64,000 nucleotides of DNA, from the NCBI RefSeq assembly GCF_009914755.1, contig NC_060928.1; one strand, written 5' to 3'. The notes under the pieces are model-generated. The model was not told where the DNA came from. It searched no databases and saw only the letters and a list, made by a program, of their open reading frames with translations. This stretch comes from the human T2T-CHM13v2.0 reference genome, Homo sapiens. Within the stretch, counting starts at the first letter, position 1; every line of letters starts with the position of its first letter. Made by a program: the position numbers and the translations under genes. Below, piece by piece: positions 60,893 through 64,000 of this stretch.

Positions 60893-61061
60893 AGCTGGGA
60901 TTATAGGCACCTGCCACCACGCCTAGCTAATTTTTGTATTTTTAGTAGAGACAGCGTTTCTCCGTCTTGGTCAGGGTGGTCTTGAACTCCTGACCTCGTG
61001 ATCCACCTGCCTTGGCGTCCCAAAGTGCTGGGATTACAGGCATGAGCCACCACGGCCGGCC
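60893..61061 (-). mobile_element. Partial Alu (left arm plus start of right arm)
   Basis: tagctgggattataggcacc...gagccaccacggccggcc. Confidence 0.88.
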
Positions 61062-61248
61062 TACCATAGAGAATTTTTAAAGGTGTGAAGATTTTCTTTC
61101 ATAATCTTAAAAGTAAAATTAGACACAAAAAACCCAAAGGAAATTAAAACCTATTCAACATCCCATCTCCCCAGAAAATGCAAACTAAACTACTATTGTA
61201 ATGGTCTTAGCATAAAGCTATTTAAATCTCCAGAATTTAGCTTAAATT

Positions 61249-61545
61249 AGGCCAGGCACAGCGGCTCATGCCTGTAATCCCAGAACTTTGGGAGGCTGAG
61301 GCAGTTGGATAATTTGAGGTCAAGAGTTCAAGACCACCCTGGCCAACATGGCGAAATCCCATCTCCACAAAAAATACAAAAATTAGCCAGGCCTGGTAGC
61401 AGGCACCTGTAATCCCAGCTACCAGGGAGGCTGAGGCAGGAGAATCACTTGAACCAGGAGGCAGAGGTTACAGTGGCTGAGATCCTGGCACTCTACTCTA
61501 GTCTGGGCAACAGAGCACAAGACTCGGTCTCTAAATAAATAAATA
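61249..61545 (+). mobile_element. AluS-type
   Basis: Full dimer; flanks share aatctccagaa.ttagctt. Confidence 0.9.
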
Positions 61546-61614
61546 ATCTCCAGAACTTAGCTTCTTAGCTTAAATTAAAACAAAAAAAAAAATTCTTTTA
61601 AAAATATGCACTTA

Positions 61615-61720
61615 GACCAGGTGCAGTAGGCTCATGCCTGTAATACCAGCACTTTGGGAGGTTGAGGTGGGAAGATTGCTTGAGCCCAGGAGTTTTAGAC
61701 CAGCCTGGGCAACATAGGCA
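61615..61720 (+). mobile_element. Alu left monomer (FLAM/AluJ fragment)
   Basis: gaccaggtgcagtaggctcatgcc...cctgggcaacatag. Confidence 0.8.
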
Positions 61721-62367
61721 AAATAATGACATCACGTTTCTCTGAAAGCTGAGGAAAATTAAACCTCAAAGCCACGTGCTTTGAAAATTAGCACTGGAGT
61801 ACCAAACACACAAATACACCTAACCACATAAAATGTAATTAAATTTTAAAACTCTACAAACTAATAATTTTAATAACATGATCTTAAAAAGCAAGATGAA
61901 AAAGGTATACTTTATACAAGTGCTTAAGAATTCTAAATATCAAAAGAAAAGACTGTTTAACAAGACTATCTTCATAAACAATAAAGAAGACATATTGTTC
62001 TATTCCAAATTTGGTATTTTTATATTCACAGTAATTTAAGATAAAACTACCCCAATGGTTCTTGTAATTCTGCCTGACATCACTAAATAGCACAATCAAA
62101 ATTTTGCTGAAAGTCTGAACATATATTACATCAAGACCTTAAGCAAACAATTCTTCAAAACCTTTATATAAGAATTTCCACATAACTTAAGGTTGATTCG
62201 AAGGAATACTCAATATAAAACCCAAACAAAACTAGTATAATATCATCACCCTTAATGAAACATTCATCTAACAATCTGTTTCAACAACATCAATTTTAGG
62301 TTGTTCACAGTGACTTTCTTTTTAAGTAGCAAAAGGTAGTTTTTGTTAAAGTATATAAAATACATAC

Positions 62368-62449
62368 GAGGGTTTTGTATCTTCACTGAAGAATCAGGAT
62401 CTGGATGCTGTTTATGTATCACCTGAGTACCAATCTGTTCTATAAGAAT
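62368..62449 (-). CDS. LRBA: LRBA exon (82 nt, ILIEQIGTQVIHKQHPDPDSSVKIQNP)
   Basis: Acceptor ctgtag|ATT, donor CTC|gtatgt; absent from ORF track but continues the frame exactly. Confidence 0.95.
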
Positions 62450-62803
62450 CTACAGAAGTAAAACAATGGATTACATTAGCAAATCACTGGATTAGCATCA
62501 CTATTAATGAACTTTAAGTGCATCACTATTAATTAACTTTAAGTACAACACTAATCAAAATATAGTATATTTTTAGTCCAATATTGTCATGCTAAATAAT
62601 ATACTTCTAAAATAACTACAGCATTATTACTCTATGTTTTCTTAATTATAAAATGAGACATCAAATAGTTAATAAAATGGAGGGAACATTTAAACAGAAA
62701 TAACGATACTGTTTAGAAATTCACAGATTAATAATAGATTTCTAAAAATGCAGCCACATCTCCTTATATCATTTCAAAGCTGTACATTACAAACTTAAAT
62801 GGT

Positions 62804-63111
<308 letters not shown>

Positions 63112-63187
63112 TTATTTACCTACACAATGTTAAGAGGCATTTTTATAATAAGAAATTTAGAGGAGTAAATCCTAAGTACATTCCTAC

Positions 63188-63296
63188 CTCAAACAGCACA
63201 TTATATGTGGTCATTGTGATTAAATTTGTCTGAAGCATGAGCCTTTCAGCTAGCAATGAAAACAATCCATGTCCAAGCATGACTTCTGCTTTCCTC
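63188..63296 (-). CDS. LRBA: LRBA internal coding exon (109 nt, RKAEVMLGHG...YNVLFE)
   Basis: Acceptor ttgcag|GAGG, donor GAG|gtagga; peptide recognised as LRBA; phase 2 to 0. Confidence 0.95.
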
Positions 63297-63807
63297 CTGC
63301 AATTACACAAAAAGAAATCATCAAATGTAGAGCTTTTCTGTGCTCTACTTAATATGCATGCTGGATGAAGGAAACACAAAATACTTTTTCACATTACAAA
63401 CAATTCCCAACTCAATTACTCTCCCAACTATCTTCAATCTAGAACTTTTAAGGCCACAAAACCTTTAAGCAGAGAAATGCTAACTATATAAGCATAGCCG
63501 AAGTTAAAAATTAAAAAAAAAAAAGACAAGTGTGCCTATGCTACAGCACAGCAAAAACCTCCTCCAAAATCTTCAGAGCAGTTATTTATTTAACGAAGTT
63601 GCTACAATCTACCAGCACTAACTTAGTCTCCCCTGGGGATGATCATCTAAAGCACAATAAATACTTAAGTAGAAAAACAATGTGGAGAAAAAGTAGAAGA
63701 AATGTAATATAATTTTTTAAAATAAATACTATGAAAACATATATACCAAAATTAACCTTCCAAGCATAAATTCAGAAACTAAAGGATCACAAACTTTAAT
63801 TTTACCC

Positions 63808-63990
63808 TTGGGGTCAGCAAAGCTTTTCTGCAAATGGCCAGGGGGTAAATATTTTAGAATTTGTGGACCAGGTGATTTCTGTCACAACTCAACACTGTCC
63901 TTGTATCATGAAAGCAGCCACAGATGATACACAAATAAATTATTGTGGCTGTTTTCCAATAAAACTTTATTTACAGGTGGCTAACTGGAT
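63808..63990. mobile_element. MER58A-like hAT MITE
   Basis: ggggtcagcaaa...gtaaatattttag...gaaagcagccacaga...ccaataaaactttatttac. Confidence 0.75.
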
Positions 63991-64000
63991 TCCTAAAGAC

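Overview
AT-rich primate (human-like) genomic DNA from the middle of LRBA (LPS-responsive beige-like anchor, BEACH family), transcribed from the minus strand. I traced 14 internal coding exons base by base (63296 down to 199). All have GT-AG boundaries and compatible phases, and they join into one open frame of 3126 nt (about 1042 codons). From memory these are roughly exons 19-32, including the 1059-nt acidic exon; the start codon and the PH-BEACH-WD40 exons lie outside the window. The introns hold about 35 Alus, a 5-kb twin-primed (5'-inverted) L1PA nested in a near full-length Tigger1, a near full-length Tigger2, Tigger3b, MER47A, MER1B, MER58, MADE1, a MaLR LTR, older L1M/L2 fragments and microsatellites. 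Almost all non-LRBA ORFs in the track are repeat-derived. I found no convincing previously undescribed system. The best second-look items are a perfect CpG-containing (TACGA)12 repeat in an Alu tail, a microinversion splitting a MER47A, the base-level anatomy of the inverted L1, an L1-L1 direct repeat that could delete six exons in frame, inverted Alu pairs around exon clusters, and short linear motifs in the large exon. Repeat subfamily names and cDNA numbering come from memory and need checking with RepeatMasker/BLAST.
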